Shown piece by piece: positions 26,515 to 37,666 of a stretch of DNA of 64,000 nt; position 1 is the first letter of the stretch, and the number at the start of each line of letters is the position of its first letter. The notes beneath the pieces were generated by a model that was given only the letters and a program-made list of their open reading frames with translations, was not told where the DNA came from and searched no databases. The translations under genes and the position numbers were made by a program. The DNA is from Marsupella aquatica. Its lineage: Eukaryota; Plantae; Marchantiophyta. The DNA lies in the NCBI GenBank assembly GCA_973895155.1, contig OZ316894.1, positions 14,007,580 through 14,071,579 on the forward strand. The letters are read 5' to 3'.

Positions 26515-26953
26515 TGTTGGATATTTACTCTTATGTCTAGGTTAGGTATGACATGGTTGGTACAACAACGTGGGTTGGTACAACAACATGGTTTGGTACA
26601 ACTACATGGTTAGGTACAACTACATGATTAGGTACAACAATGTGGTTAGGTACAACTACGTGATTAGGTACAACAATGTGGTTAGGTTAACTAAGTTGCA
26701 CACTATATCATAAGAGGCACGTGTGCTTGGAGATGTAGAACCAAGGCTCATTATTATGGAGCCACTTGAGAGATAGGGAGAGCTTACACTGTGGAGACTC
26801 GATATAGCCGACGGGCTTAGAGTTCAGTAAAGCTCTCTTGTGTGTTCTCGTGGACGTAGCCTGAAGGAGGTGAACCACGTATCTCTTGTGTCGACTACTT
26901 GCATGTTGGATATGTTATGTGCTTATCGTTGCGATTATCGTCTATACTCAATA
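26515..26953 (+). repeat. Copia 5' LTR (TG...TA, terminal CA mutated)
   Basis: Aligns ungapped to 48711-49149 with ~15 mismatches by manual count. Confidence 0.95.
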
Positions 26954-26955
26954 AT

Positions 26956-26967
26956 TGGTATCAGAGC
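26956..26967 (+). other. Primer binding site (tRNA-iMet)
   Basis: tggtatcagagc 2 nt after the 5' LTR. Confidence 0.92.
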
Positions 26968-27714
26968 ATGCCTGGGAGGTGACGTGTGTTCGTGACGGGA
27001 TTTCGTGACGGTTTTTTCCAGCGTTGAGTGTTGGTGGATTTCCCGGAGTTCCGTCGCATGAAACTTGGAGTTTATGGGCTCAACGGATAGATCAGGGCAA
27101 GGGCTTTCTAACGGTGTGAAGAAATCGCTGAACGAAGCTCGTGGTGCGGAGAGATCTAAGTTTTTATCGTTCTGGATTTTGTTAAGAAAGTCGGCAACAT
27201 TCGTGTTCGACGGTTTTTCGGAGGAGGGACCAGAGTTTGTTTTCTCGACGGTGTGAGCTCTACAGTGAAGAAAGCGTTGCATGTTATAGCTCCATTTGTA
27301 GATCGGGACGAGCTGATCATTTCGGTAGCTGGTTTGTTGCCGAGTGTGTAACGAGTACGTCACAACGAGCAAAAGAAGCGTTCTGACTTTTTAACCGGCT
27401 ATGGAGTCTTCTTTTGCCTGAGCGGGGTTTCTTGTTGTTGCAATCGACTCGGAGGGAGAAGCGTCAAGTGTTTTGACTCAACGGAGAGATTGAGGCAAGA
27501 CAATTGTTTTGAGTCCGGGATTGGCTCTTGATGCGAAGAGGAAGGCTAAGAAAAATCATTTACCTTGTTGGACTTGGTGACGGCACCGAGTGCAATTCAT
27601 CAACATTCGTTGTTGACAAGCATTGGAAAACTAGGCTCGTGGGCTACGTGGCAATGATAACCTTTGAGTTTTTTGAGAAGTTAAGAAAAACATCATTTTT
27701 TCTTGATTTCTCAC

Positions 27715-28692
27715 ATGAGTGACTTGGAGGAGGGTTCTATTGAGTCACCGGAGAGAACAGAGGAGGAAGCAGAAGATCTAGCGGAATTGTGGTCACCGGT
27801 ATTGCGGCGAGTGACAAGAAAAAGGATGGGGATAATCAAGCTTGGAGGTCCCAAGTTTGAGGTTACAAAATACGATGGCCGCATGGACTACTTGTTGTGG
27901 GAGCGACAAGTGAAGGGGGTACTCCGGGCGACCGGGCTTGGGAAATTGCTGAAGGACCAGCCAAATGATGTCGACAATGATGATTGGCAGGACATGCAGG
28001 AGCAAGCTGTGAGCACCGTGATGCTCTATCTTCAACCTAATGTCATCAAGCAATTGGCAGACCATGTCAATTGTGCATCATTGTTTGCCGCGTTGGAGCA
28101 AAAGTACCATCAAAAGGAGCTATCGAATCGGCTCTACACATCTTTGAAGCTTATGAGCTTCAAGATGAAGCAGGGAAGTGCAAAGATTCAGGATCATATC
28201 GATGGTTTCAACGACCTGGTCGTTGATTTGCAAAATCTGGGGGAGGATTTGAGTGATGAGCGGCAGGCTCTTCACTTGCTTAGCTCTTTATCCTTGTCGT
28301 ATCAGTCATTGTCACGAGTGCTGCTTCATCGTGATAGGAAGACTATCACTTACAATGAAGTTGTAAGTGCTCTGTTGACTGATGACTTGCAGCAGAAATT
28401 GACCATGCCCTCTCAGCCATCATCGTCGTCTGGTGCTGCCTTGAATGTGAATCGTGGGAGGTCACAGAAGCATCCAGAGCACCACACGAATGGCAGGGGA
28501 AGAAGTAAATCTATGACAAGATTTGCTTCAAGGGGGAAGTCCCAAGAGAGGAAGTCGGTGGTATGCTGGAAGTGTGGCAAGACTGGCCACATTAAGAGGG
28601 ATTGTAAGGGTAAGGCAGCTGAATCTCCATCAGCCAATGTGGCTAGTGTTGATGGAGAAGTTGATTTACTCAACGATGAGTATGTTTTATGA
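27715..28692 (+). CDS. Copia Gag (UBN2-like domain + CCHC zinc knuckle)
   Basis: KFEVTKYDGRMDYLLWERQVKGVL; LYTSLKLMSFKM...IQDHIDGFNDLVVDL; CWKCGKTGHIKRDC. The TGA stop is in frame with the protease region. Confidence 0.9.
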   Translation: MSDLEEGSIESPERTEEEAEDLAELWSPVLRRVTRKRMGIIKLGGPKFEVTKYDGRMDYLLWERQVKGVLRATGLGKLLKDQPNDVDNDDWQDMQEQAVSTVMLYLQPNVIKQLADHVNCASLFAALEQKYHQKELSNRLYTSLKLMSFKMKQGSAKIQDHIDGFNDLVVDLQNLGEDLSDERQALHLLSSLSLSYQSLSRVLLHRDRKTITYNEVVSALLTDDLQQKLTMPSQPSSSSGAALNVNRGRSQKHPEHHTNGRGRSKSMTRFASRGKSQERKSVVCWKCGKTGHIKRDCKGKAAESPSANVASVDGEVDLLNDEYVL

Positions 28693-28985
28693 AGTCAGGA
28701 GTATGCCCTGTGCACATCATCTAGGAGAGCAAATGATGTGTGGATTTTTGATTGTGCTTGCTCCTTTCACATTTGTTACATTCGCGAGTATTTCAATTCT
28801 TATTCTGTGTCAAACGGTTCAGTTTTGATGGGAAATGATCACTCTTGTCAAGTTGAGGGTATTGGGTCTGTAAAGATTTAAATGTTTGATGGCATTGTGC
28901 GCACAGTGTCCGGAGTCAGGTTCGTACCTGGCATGCGTAAGAATTTGATTTCACTCGGTGTGTTGGATACAAATGGTCATCAATG
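28693..28985 (+). pseudogene. Copia protease region (5' part of pol)
   Basis: VWIFDCACSFHIC...VLMGNDHSCQVEGIGSVKI*MFDGIVRTVSGVRFVPGMRKNLISLGVLD; cut by the CACTA insertion. Confidence 0.85.
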
Positions 28986-31900
28986 CACTAGTAGAAACCG
29001 GGGCAATTTAGACCATACCTTATAGGACTATGCCCACTAAGTCCTTTTTCCATACTTAAAACGACTCGCACCCATTGCACCGGTTTTGTTGAAGACTAGA
29101 AAAGACTATGAGAGTTTTATGGTTCACTAAAAGACTATGAGAAGTAACCTTGCTACTTTGTGAAGGGTGAATAGTCTAGCACATCATGGGTAATGTTCAC
29201 TCTATGTTGAGGAGGGGTAATTCTCCTTCATCTTTGAGCCGAAAGCACCGACGTCTATCGAGTGCCAAAGAACTGCTGGAGATCGAGCGAATTCACACTC
29301 TCAGATGTGGGTCGTGTCAAATTGTTTCCTCCATTGATGGCAGCCTTCTGTGAGATTGATTTATACTGTGTGGCTATCTGGGAGTTTTGTCGACTCATTT
29401 GACACCGATACTCCCGTGATTTCCTCATACATAGTGCCACTGCCCCCCCCGCATTGTGTTCAATCCCTATAGCTTATAGCTGCACCACTCTTGGTGGCCC
29501 TTGCTCATGCCTTGGTTTTTTTTTCTTTTTCCCATTACAGTATACACCCCCTTCTTACTAATCAGGTGGATTAATTTAGTACTAGACAATGCTTTGACAC
29601 TTTACACTTACACTATGCTGACCTACTGCGCCTTCTAGTGCTTATTCCCTAGTTGTTACTTGTTGCATGGACCACTAGAAGAACGGCTTCGCAATCTTTG
29701 CCTGATCTGATGACCCTGGTTGAGTAACTCTTTGTTATTGCCTCCTTTGGGTGTTGAGGTTTTATGATGCCATTTGGCCTACTGGTTCCCCCATCCGTGG
29801 GGTTCACGCGGAATAAATGTAAAATTTCAAACAAATAAATAAATCTATAAAGAGGGTGATAGCAAGGGGCATAACTCATTAAATGTCCTTATTTGTGACC
29901 AAAAAGGTTTTGGGTTTAATGAAGTGGGGTTCATGGAGGTTGGACCATGGAGGGATGGTCAAGATATTCTTGGCCATTACTAAATCCATCTATAAAAGGT
30001 CAAGATGCACAAAGGTAGATTTGTACCGGTCCTTTTTCATACATTAGAGCTAGGTCACATTCTTGCACCGGGAATATTGCATTTTAGGACCGGATATAAT
30101 GTTGGGCAACCTTAATCCTGATTACGTCGTGCAATAAAATGTCACTACCGACCATGTATGTGCAAATATGACCATTCATTGCCTAAGTTGGCCATGCAGT
30201 AACACTTTGTAGCTTTGTCCCACTTTGGGTGACACTCAACGGCTCACTCAAACGGTAAGGCTGAGTGGCTTCCCCTAATTCGGTTTCAGGCACTAAACTT
30301 CACTTTGGGAGTCTCTTTGGAGTTTTCGCCATTGTCATTGAACTTAGAACGTGAGGGGTGGAGTGTTCGGGGTTTTACGTAGGGTTTTCCTTTCAGTGTT
30401 GCCCACTTTTTGCGACCATTGCGGAGTGAACTTCCCGCGCGTTATGTGCTTGTTTATGCTCTCGAGGAGCAGTGTTCAGGCAGTTGCAGTGATCTAACCT
30501 TGCGCTTGCAGTCTACTCATAGACCTGCATTCCTGCTCGATCTCCTTTAGGGACATTTAGTTTTTGGCTGGTAGGGCGAAGAAGGTTGTGGCTGTTGCAA
30601 CGTTCGTGAGGAGCTTGTCGGAGTTTGAGGAGTCGGAGGTTGGGGTTTCTTCAAGGTTTTGGGTGACAATCTCGGTCACAGTTGTGGTATAGACCCTTTT
30701 GCTGCACCCATAACGAGCATCGGGAGGCCGTGAGGCTCATTGGGAGGTCCTTCAGTTGTCAAGCTGCCGTTGAGCTGGTGAAGTTGCATGCGGGTTGCAT
30801 CTATTCTGCGTACACAGTCAATGTGGGAATCCATATTTTCATAGTGCTTGTTCTTGCAAACTGGGAGCCGAGAGTTTGGAGTCGGGAGCTAAGAAGGGTA
30901 TTGTTAGGCTTCAATTACTCTGTGGTTTTCTCCAGCTCCATGGTACAGTTTCAATGTTAATGCTTTGTCCTTGTGCTGGTCTAGGTAGCGCGAGCTTCTA
31001 CCTATTGCGCCCTCTTGCTGTAAGCGTATTGAGCTGCCAACTGAGTGATTCATACCTATAGCTGCTTACGCGTGATCAAGAGATTGAACAAATGCCTAGT
31101 GCTGTCCAGCAGGAGAAAACTCTTTTTGGTCACGATCGGGTGTTGGAATATAACTAAGTGCGGCAGAGCAACACGGGGAGCTGTAGAGTTGCAGACAAGA
31201 TGCAACTACAGAGGAGGCATTGGGAAGGACACAACGGTGTGGTGAAGGTACAAGGACCGTGGACCCTAACTTGTTTGCTGCCTTGGGAGGATCCGGAGAG
31301 CCCGAGGCGACATGCTTCATTGAGCCTGAGCTAGCTGAATCCAATCCAGGAGTTGTTGCGCTAAGGTGAGACTTTGAGTTTAGGGTTGCTTCAGTGTCCG
31401 AGTAGGTTTTCTCTTTGCGTCGGCAGCTAGAAGGTAAGCTCGGGGGCTTTACAAAGGGTTAGTGTTGCGGACTTTCCCTCCTGGACGTTGTGTGTCTTCA
31501 TTTGCAACTTGTTTGTGGACCTGTGATCCTGAGACTGTCAAAATTGTTGTGGCCGCACTGACAACTTGATGACGCGTTTTGTGGATGCACCGTTAGTAAT
31601 CGCGAGTACAGCTCTCCAACAATTGCACTTACCATTTTTGACCACCTTGCATGATGTCCATCCGTGGGCTGGACCCCAAGAAGTAGATTTCGGTAGATTT
31701 CGGTAGATTTTGTCTCTGCCCCCGGTCCTCATTTTGTGCAATGTCCGCCTGGCACTTGGTTCTTGATCCCTACATTATCGTCTGTCGCTCGGCTGCTTGC
31801 GGAAGGGATCAAACAGATTGGAGGTGCTTGGTCTTTTCATTTTGAGTGTCAGAGTTTAGGAGGACAGCTTGCACCATCGCCGACAAGAATGACCTGCTTG

Positions 31901-33381
31901 CAGAACAAGAGGGACGAGCGTGAGCTGCTTGCAGAATAGGAGATTGACCGCGAGCACAAGCTGCTTGAAAAATAGGAGACTGAGGGCAACCTGCTTCTTT
32001 GTTGCTACTCTGGTTGCGCTGCTACATTGGTTGTTGATCTTCACCCACCCACTTGCCTACTCAATTGACAGAGTACAGCTTTGTCTCTGCGTGTGTTATT
32101 GCTGTCTTTGTCCCTCCCCTTGACATTGTGGGCCTTAAAAGGTCAGTAAGTTGGCTTATGTAGTTTTTATGTCCCTCCGCTATGTCAATGCGTGTTTCAT
32201 TGCATCAGGGCATCAGTCGCTGTTTGCCTATAACCGGACTGTTCATTCTCTGTCCACTCATTTGATGTAATTCTTCCCATTGCCGCCCAATGCTATGGCG
32301 CCCATGCTACAATTTGTGGTTTTTGTCTAAGCACAAATCCTCTCTGTGCCTGGTCTCTGTGTCCCGTCATTTGGATTGATTGTGTAGACGTTTCCTCTTC
32401 TCCCAGTCCTTGTCATCCACCAGCCAAAGCACATTGGATTGTTTTCAAAGGAGGGCTGTGTAGTTTGGAGGGTTTGATCTATGCAGCGGATTTGAGCAGA
32501 TTGGCGGTTGTTAGTTTCTTCTTGTAAAACCTGTCTGTCTTTTCTGCTTTTGGCCATGCTCCTTCACTTCTTGCTGCAAGCTCAATGTGCTTCAGCTATG
32601 GCAATATTCACTTACCCTATCCCAACGGCACTACCGTGAGCTGTAGGACAGCCAACAGAAGCAGATTGTATCGATTGCATGTAAGTCAGGGTATTTTATG
32701 TATTGCGGAACAACTGTCCAAGTTTGCTGCAATGGCCGGTCTTGCGCAGCTGAATGAGCCAATTTCATTTTCCCTGTGCACTTCTATTTCTCAAAGAATT
32801 CCCTGGTCATGCTCATTTCCCCCAGAGTTAGAAAACAAAGAAGAAGAGCTGACTAATTGTAATTCCAATCCATATCCTGATCGGTCAAGGATTGTTCACT
32901 ACATTGGCCTTGTCATTGGCCGAGGTCACCAAATTTTGCTTGGTTTCATTCCTGTGGAGCACTGCTGTGATGGATTTGTCGTAGCATTCTGCAAACTCTC
33001 ACGGTTTGCTTATGGCCATTATTTGCAATTTGCTGCTACTAATATGTCTTCTTCTGAGCAGCATACACCAGAAGTAAGCAATAGTGGAGGTTTAACTGCA
33101 CATCAACACATCTAGTGAACTACCTCTCTGCTGCTCACTGGAGGGTGAGACTTTCACTCTTTCTGGATATTGTAGTTTGTAAGCAAGTTGATTAGGAGTG
33201 TTTCATGCTATGTTTACACTGTGACCCCTAGCTGGAACCAATGGAATGACACAGTGAGTGGGAACTGATAATTTAAGGTTGGTTGCTGTTGGTGAGGCAA
33301 GTACAGCTCCTGCTCACCTTGCTGATCGAAGGTGCTTATCAGAGGACGTGAACACACGACATCTCCACAAAAGCAACACTT

Positions 33382-33831
33382 ATGGTGAGGACCCGCAACG
33401 CTGAACATGTGCGGCTTGCACGCAAGGCAGAGATGTTGCGCCTTGAGTATGTCAGACTTGGGATCCTTCCAGCCCAGTCTGCATGGTACTTTGAGTACCC
33501 AGTTGTTGCCAGGAACAACTACAGCCGGCCTGTACCTGCTTCTCCACCCTTCCCAACATCCTTGGTATTTCTGTCTCTCATACATGACCCACCACAAATT
33601 AGGGCCCAAGGGTGTGTGCACAGTTGCCAATATGACTGTCCTGCCTGTAGGGCTTCTGGCCTAGAGTTGGATGACCGTTCTCTTGGATGTCGGTTTTTTC
33701 ACAGAGCACGATGTATCATCTGGAACCACTCGCCATCCTGCAGTGTGCCTGGCGATGTCACTTGTCCTGCCCTCCCAGACCCCACCACCGGTCACTTTGG
33801 TGTCTACACATGTTTGGATCACACGCTCTAG
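33382..33831 (+). CDS. Small Cys/His-rich zinc-finger-like protein (CACTA cargo)
   Basis: Intact ATG ORF of 149 aa with CVHSC..DCPAC...GCRFFHRARC...YTCLDH pattern. Confidence 0.45.
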   Translation: MVRTRNAEHVRLARKAEMLRLEYVRLGILPAQSAWYFEYPVVARNNYSRPVPASPPFPTSLVFLSLIHDPPQIRAQGCVHSCQYDCPACRASGLELDDRSLGCRFFHRARCIIWNHSPSCSVPGDVTCPALPDPTTGHFGVYTCLDHTL

Positions 33832-34500
33832 AGGACCACTTGTCACACCGCATGCACAAACCAGAGACCATTGACCTATAACTTAACACTTTGACTTGAA
33901 CAGAGAGGATATTTACTTAAGATTTTGAATTATGACCAATTTTGGGTCCAGGGTTTAGGGTCAACAGTACATAACTTATCCTATTATGGCTGCACTAAGT
34001 ACAATATCCTAATTTAAGAGGCTAGCAAGCTCACTTAAAAGTCTCCTTTCAAAGACTGGAATTAATGGGCCATGTGATAACCTGGAAAAAGTGATTTATG
34101 CCTAACTTATTTGTCTCATTCACTATCATAGCCTATTTAGGATGTATAAATTACAACCCTGATCACAGTGCTTGATACCAATCCTGTTCAAAAAATGCCT
34201 GTTTTACATGTCACGATTGTTATATGTGATTCAAATGCATTAAATCTTGTTGCAGATCTCCTTTGGTGAATCATAGCCACAAAATTGAGGTGTAGGTGGA
34301 GCTATTGTACGAGGGGATCAGTTTTTAGTGTGGGCTCAACAAACCAAAAAGTATGTCTACTCTGCACATGTGTGTGAACATTTCATTGCAGTAGCAATTG
34401 CCACTCTAGTCTATATGCTACATTGTACTTTTTGTACACTGCACTAAATTGTATTGTCCGTGCACTCTGCTAAATTGTACTATCTGTCTCATGCGTAGGC

Positions 34501-35181
34501 ATGGCACGCCCTAAAATCCGAGCCAAGAAGCGGGGGACAGAGGTGAGCAACACAGGTGTAGTTGGGCCAGATGGTAGTAACTTCTCCGCAAGTCAGATTT
34601 TCCAGAAGGCAGCTCATTGTTGTGCCATTTGTGACGATGGTGGTGGCTTAGCCATATGTGAGGGCCCTTGCATGAGGCATTTCCACCTCAACCCAGAGTC
34701 TGACCTTGCTGCAGAAAACAACTGTCCAGGGGTGGGCCTCCCGTCAGTACACCAGGGAGGCTGGATGTGCACTGATTGTTTGGAGAAGCAGGCTAAGTGT
34801 GCACAGTGTGGGAAGTTGGGGTCTTATGAGGGCTCTGTTGATGCTCCACCACTTGTTAGGAAATGCCCTGACAGATATTGTGTGAGGTTCTTTTGTTTTT
34901 CATGTTTGCCCGATCTTGCCACAGCTTGCCCACTTCATAAGTGCAAGGCATGTGGTCAGCACGATGAAGATTTCTGGGTGGACATAGTCCACTGTGTTAG
35001 GTGTCCCACCATGTGGCACTTTCATTGTTTGAAGGAGCGTCAAGCAGAAGGCTATGCTTGTGACAGACACATCTATCATCACTCTGCACATGGTGTTGAT
35101 CGATGGATCTTCTATTGTCATCGCCATGCCATAGATCCTACTTTGCACACTCCCATGAGAGATCACATTTCTTGGCTTTGA
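34501..35181 (+). CDS. Stand-alone EDM2-type tandem PHD-finger protein (CACTA cargo)
   Basis: CAICDDGG.L.ICEGPCMRHFH...C..C..K..KC..CGKLGS...C...C.RFF...ACPLHKC..C....CVRCPT.WH..CL...IFYC.RH.ID..L.TP.RDHI follows the recalled EDM2 PHD region. N-terminal basic NLS-like RPKIRAKKR; intronless. Confidence 0.85.
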   Translation: MARPKIRAKKRGTEVSNTGVVGPDGSNFSASQIFQKAAHCCAICDDGGGLAICEGPCMRHFHLNPESDLAAENNCPGVGLPSVHQGGWMCTDCLEKQAKCAQCGKLGSYEGSVDAPPLVRKCPDRYCVRFFCFSCLPDLATACPLHKCKACGQHDEDFWVDIVHCVRCPTMWHFHCLKERQAEGYACDRHIYHHSAHGVDRWIFYCHRHAIDPTLHTPMRDHISWL

Positions 35182-35781
35182 ACCTGAATAATATACATGC
35201 ATAGTGCACCTGATGTGGATACCTTGGAGATTGCAGACATTCCAATTTTGAGAAGAAGGACCTCTGTAGGAGAGGATGCTTAGGCAACAAGTACCCTAAG
35301 TTCATTACTTGTTCCTGGGTACATGCCTTCAAAAACTGCCCTTAAAAGCCTTCTAGGAACTTTTTTAACTCTGCAATCATTTTGATCACGACTTACATGA
35401 CACTGCTTAAATTAAATCAGGACTTCTCATTATGAGCATATAAGTTACAAGGCTATTTAATTTGCGAGAATTCCCTTAAAGTGTACCAACATTTTGTATT
35501 CTCATTGAATGTCTGCCCATTTACAACATCTGTATGTGGCATCACAAAACAATTGCACTTGTCACCTTCAATATTGTGAAGGCACATATTCAAACTATGA
35601 GGTGCATGCTTGCAAGTGTCTAGTACGTTTGTCCCAATATTTCTCCCGTTTGGAATCGGAGCAGAGACTCACCAGACGACTGGACTGGACCAAGTTATAA
35701 ACGCAGCATTTTAAGGGCCCTCCGATTATCAGGTGAACGCATTATCTTCCGGTCTGCAGTGATTAGGTGGCCCGTGTGTAC

Positions 35782-36630
35782 ATGGCCTCTAGGAAACGTA
35801 CAAAGGTTGACCACCCGCCTCTGTTGGCTGGAATCAAAGCCATTTTGATTCCTGGCCACTATGGGTTCACCCAAGTGAGTTGGCCAATCGTACAAAAACG
35901 ATTCTCAGAGTTCCATGGGACTGAAGTCAAGGACATCACTCCACAGACTACACATGTTGTTGCGGGGACATGGCTGGATGTGATGAACAAGTGGTCATGG
36001 TCCTTCATTGATTCTGCCATTACCAACCAAGGTCTAAAAGTAGTTGAAGTCTCTTGGCTGACCGATTCTGTTAAACATAGGTGTGTACAGAGTACTGAGC
36101 AATATGAGTTGTGGGAGAGTGAGGAGGCCACTGCAGAGGCTTTGGCTGAAAAGGAAGCCTATGAAGCAGCGGCAGAGAAACCCAACTTTGCTTCTGTCCA
36201 ATATGGACCTGTTGTCAACATAGGACACCATCCTATGCGTGCAGATGCTATATTGAATGAGCATGGCAAGGAGAGAAATACCATTATGAAGGGGTTCAGT
36301 GTGGTATTTGCAGAAGAAGGAATTGGGGAGACTAAGTGCAGACTGTACAAGTCTATAGTTGTTGAGCTAGGTGGGACAGTGGAGGAGAGTCTAACAGAAA
36401 CCTCCACTCATGTTGTAGGTCTGTCATACATGAAAATATGCAGAAAATTCTTTAAGACAACAGTGCGTGATTTTGTCATGAACAACAATCTTTGGGTGCT
36501 TTCCCCTGATTGGCTTCTGGAATCAGCAGCTAGAGGGAAGCGACAAAATGCTTGGGACTTTGATATTTTTGAGGCCTGGCCCTCCAAGATTCAGCGGAGA
36601 TGTATGCTTAGCAAAGGTGGGAGAGAGTGA
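35782..36630 (+). CDS. Tandem two-BRCT-domain protein (Pol lambda BRCT-like) (CACTA cargo)
   Basis: Two repeats with GT.V..ITPQTTHVV / GGTVEESLTETSTHVV and VSWLTDS / SPDWLLES, typical BRCT signatures; N-terminal basic RKRTK. Confidence 0.8.
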   Translation: MASRKRTKVDHPPLLAGIKAILIPGHYGFTQVSWPIVQKRFSEFHGTEVKDITPQTTHVVAGTWLDVMNKWSWSFIDSAITNQGLKVVEVSWLTDSVKHRCVQSTEQYELWESEEATAEALAEKEAYEAAAEKPNFASVQYGPVVNIGHHPMRADAILNEHGKERNTIMKGFSVVFAEEGIGETKCRLYKSIVVELGGTVEESLTETSTHVVGLSYMKICRKFFKTTVRDFVMNNNLWVLSPDWLLESAARGKRQNAWDFDIFEAWPSKIQRRCMLSKGGRE

Positions 36631-36806
36631 GGAGTAGGAGTCCCTCATATTTTTGTATAAAACACAATTTTGTAATAAATGTGATCCTTGAACTAACTCA
36701 TCTTGTCATGGTTGGTCGTAGTTGAAGTGATTATTGTTTCCTGCTGCGTGGGGTGTGACTGTGAATCTACTTGCTGGGCTCTGTTTGGCTGAAGACTTTG
36801 GTGGGT

Positions 36807-37340
36807 ATGCTGCCTCTTCCAGACCGTCAGGCCCTATGTAGGGTCCTCCTATGGGTTGCATCGTGCATGGCTACTGCTTGGGCTTACTTGTGTGGATTGG
36901 TAACCAGACAGAGTGTAGCTCCATCCGAGATAATGCCTGCAGACCTTGGATGTGTTGTGAATGCTGTGGTGAATGAGGATGCACAGTCGGAAGAGGACAT
37001 TTACTTTTCAGTAGATGAGTTAGACAAGCACGATGCTGTAGGTGGTTCCTTGTTGCCTGATTTGGCAGATGATATAGTTCTTACACATGTCTGGCCGAGG
37101 GTTCTTGTGGTGTCTGGCGCACAAGATATCTGCAAATATAGACTAATTAGTACCCAGTGGAGGGACTTGGTAGCAACATGTGCACCATGGAGGGCACTGC
37201 TGCCACTGCTTGTAGGCACGGATCGAAGACCACCATGGCATGAGCAGGGTTTAGACCTTGATGACTTAATATACATGCCTGAGTACCTCAGGGCTGAGTG
37301 GCATCGACAACAGGATTGGTATCCGTATTTGATGTGGTAG
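36807..37340 (+). CDS. Small F-box-motif protein (CACTA cargo)
   Basis: SLLPDLADDIVLTHVWPRV......ICKYRLISTQWRDLV matches the plant F-box consensus; start codon uncertain. Confidence 0.65.
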   Translation: MLPLPDRQALCRVLLWVASCMATAWAYLCGLVTRQSVAPSEIMPADLGCVVNAVVNEDAQSEEDIYFSVDELDKHDAVGGSLLPDLADDIVLTHVWPRVLVVSGAQDICKYRLISTQWRDLVATCAPWRALLPLLVGTDRRPPWHEQGLDLDDLIYMPEYLRAEWHRQQDWYPYLMW

Positions 37341-37666
37341 TAAGATGAGGACATCTCACACCGGTCTCGCACCTGGCACCTGTGTCTATGACTATACATG
37401 ATTGGACTCTGATATGGTCATGGATGTACGTGCAGAGGCAGTACATGTGAGGACAGCGGAGGAGTTGACACCCTCAAACATTTAGGAATTTTGTCTCATT
37501 CACTTGAGAATAGGTACATGACTCAGGCACCTATATTTTTTGTTTTTTTGTTTTTTTGGAACGTTACGTATTTTGGCAAGTACAGTCGGGGGTGAAATCC
37601 TTAACAGGAAGTGTATTTTTCACTTGCATAATAAAATGACAGGGTGCTGAGTGCGTGTGTATAGTG

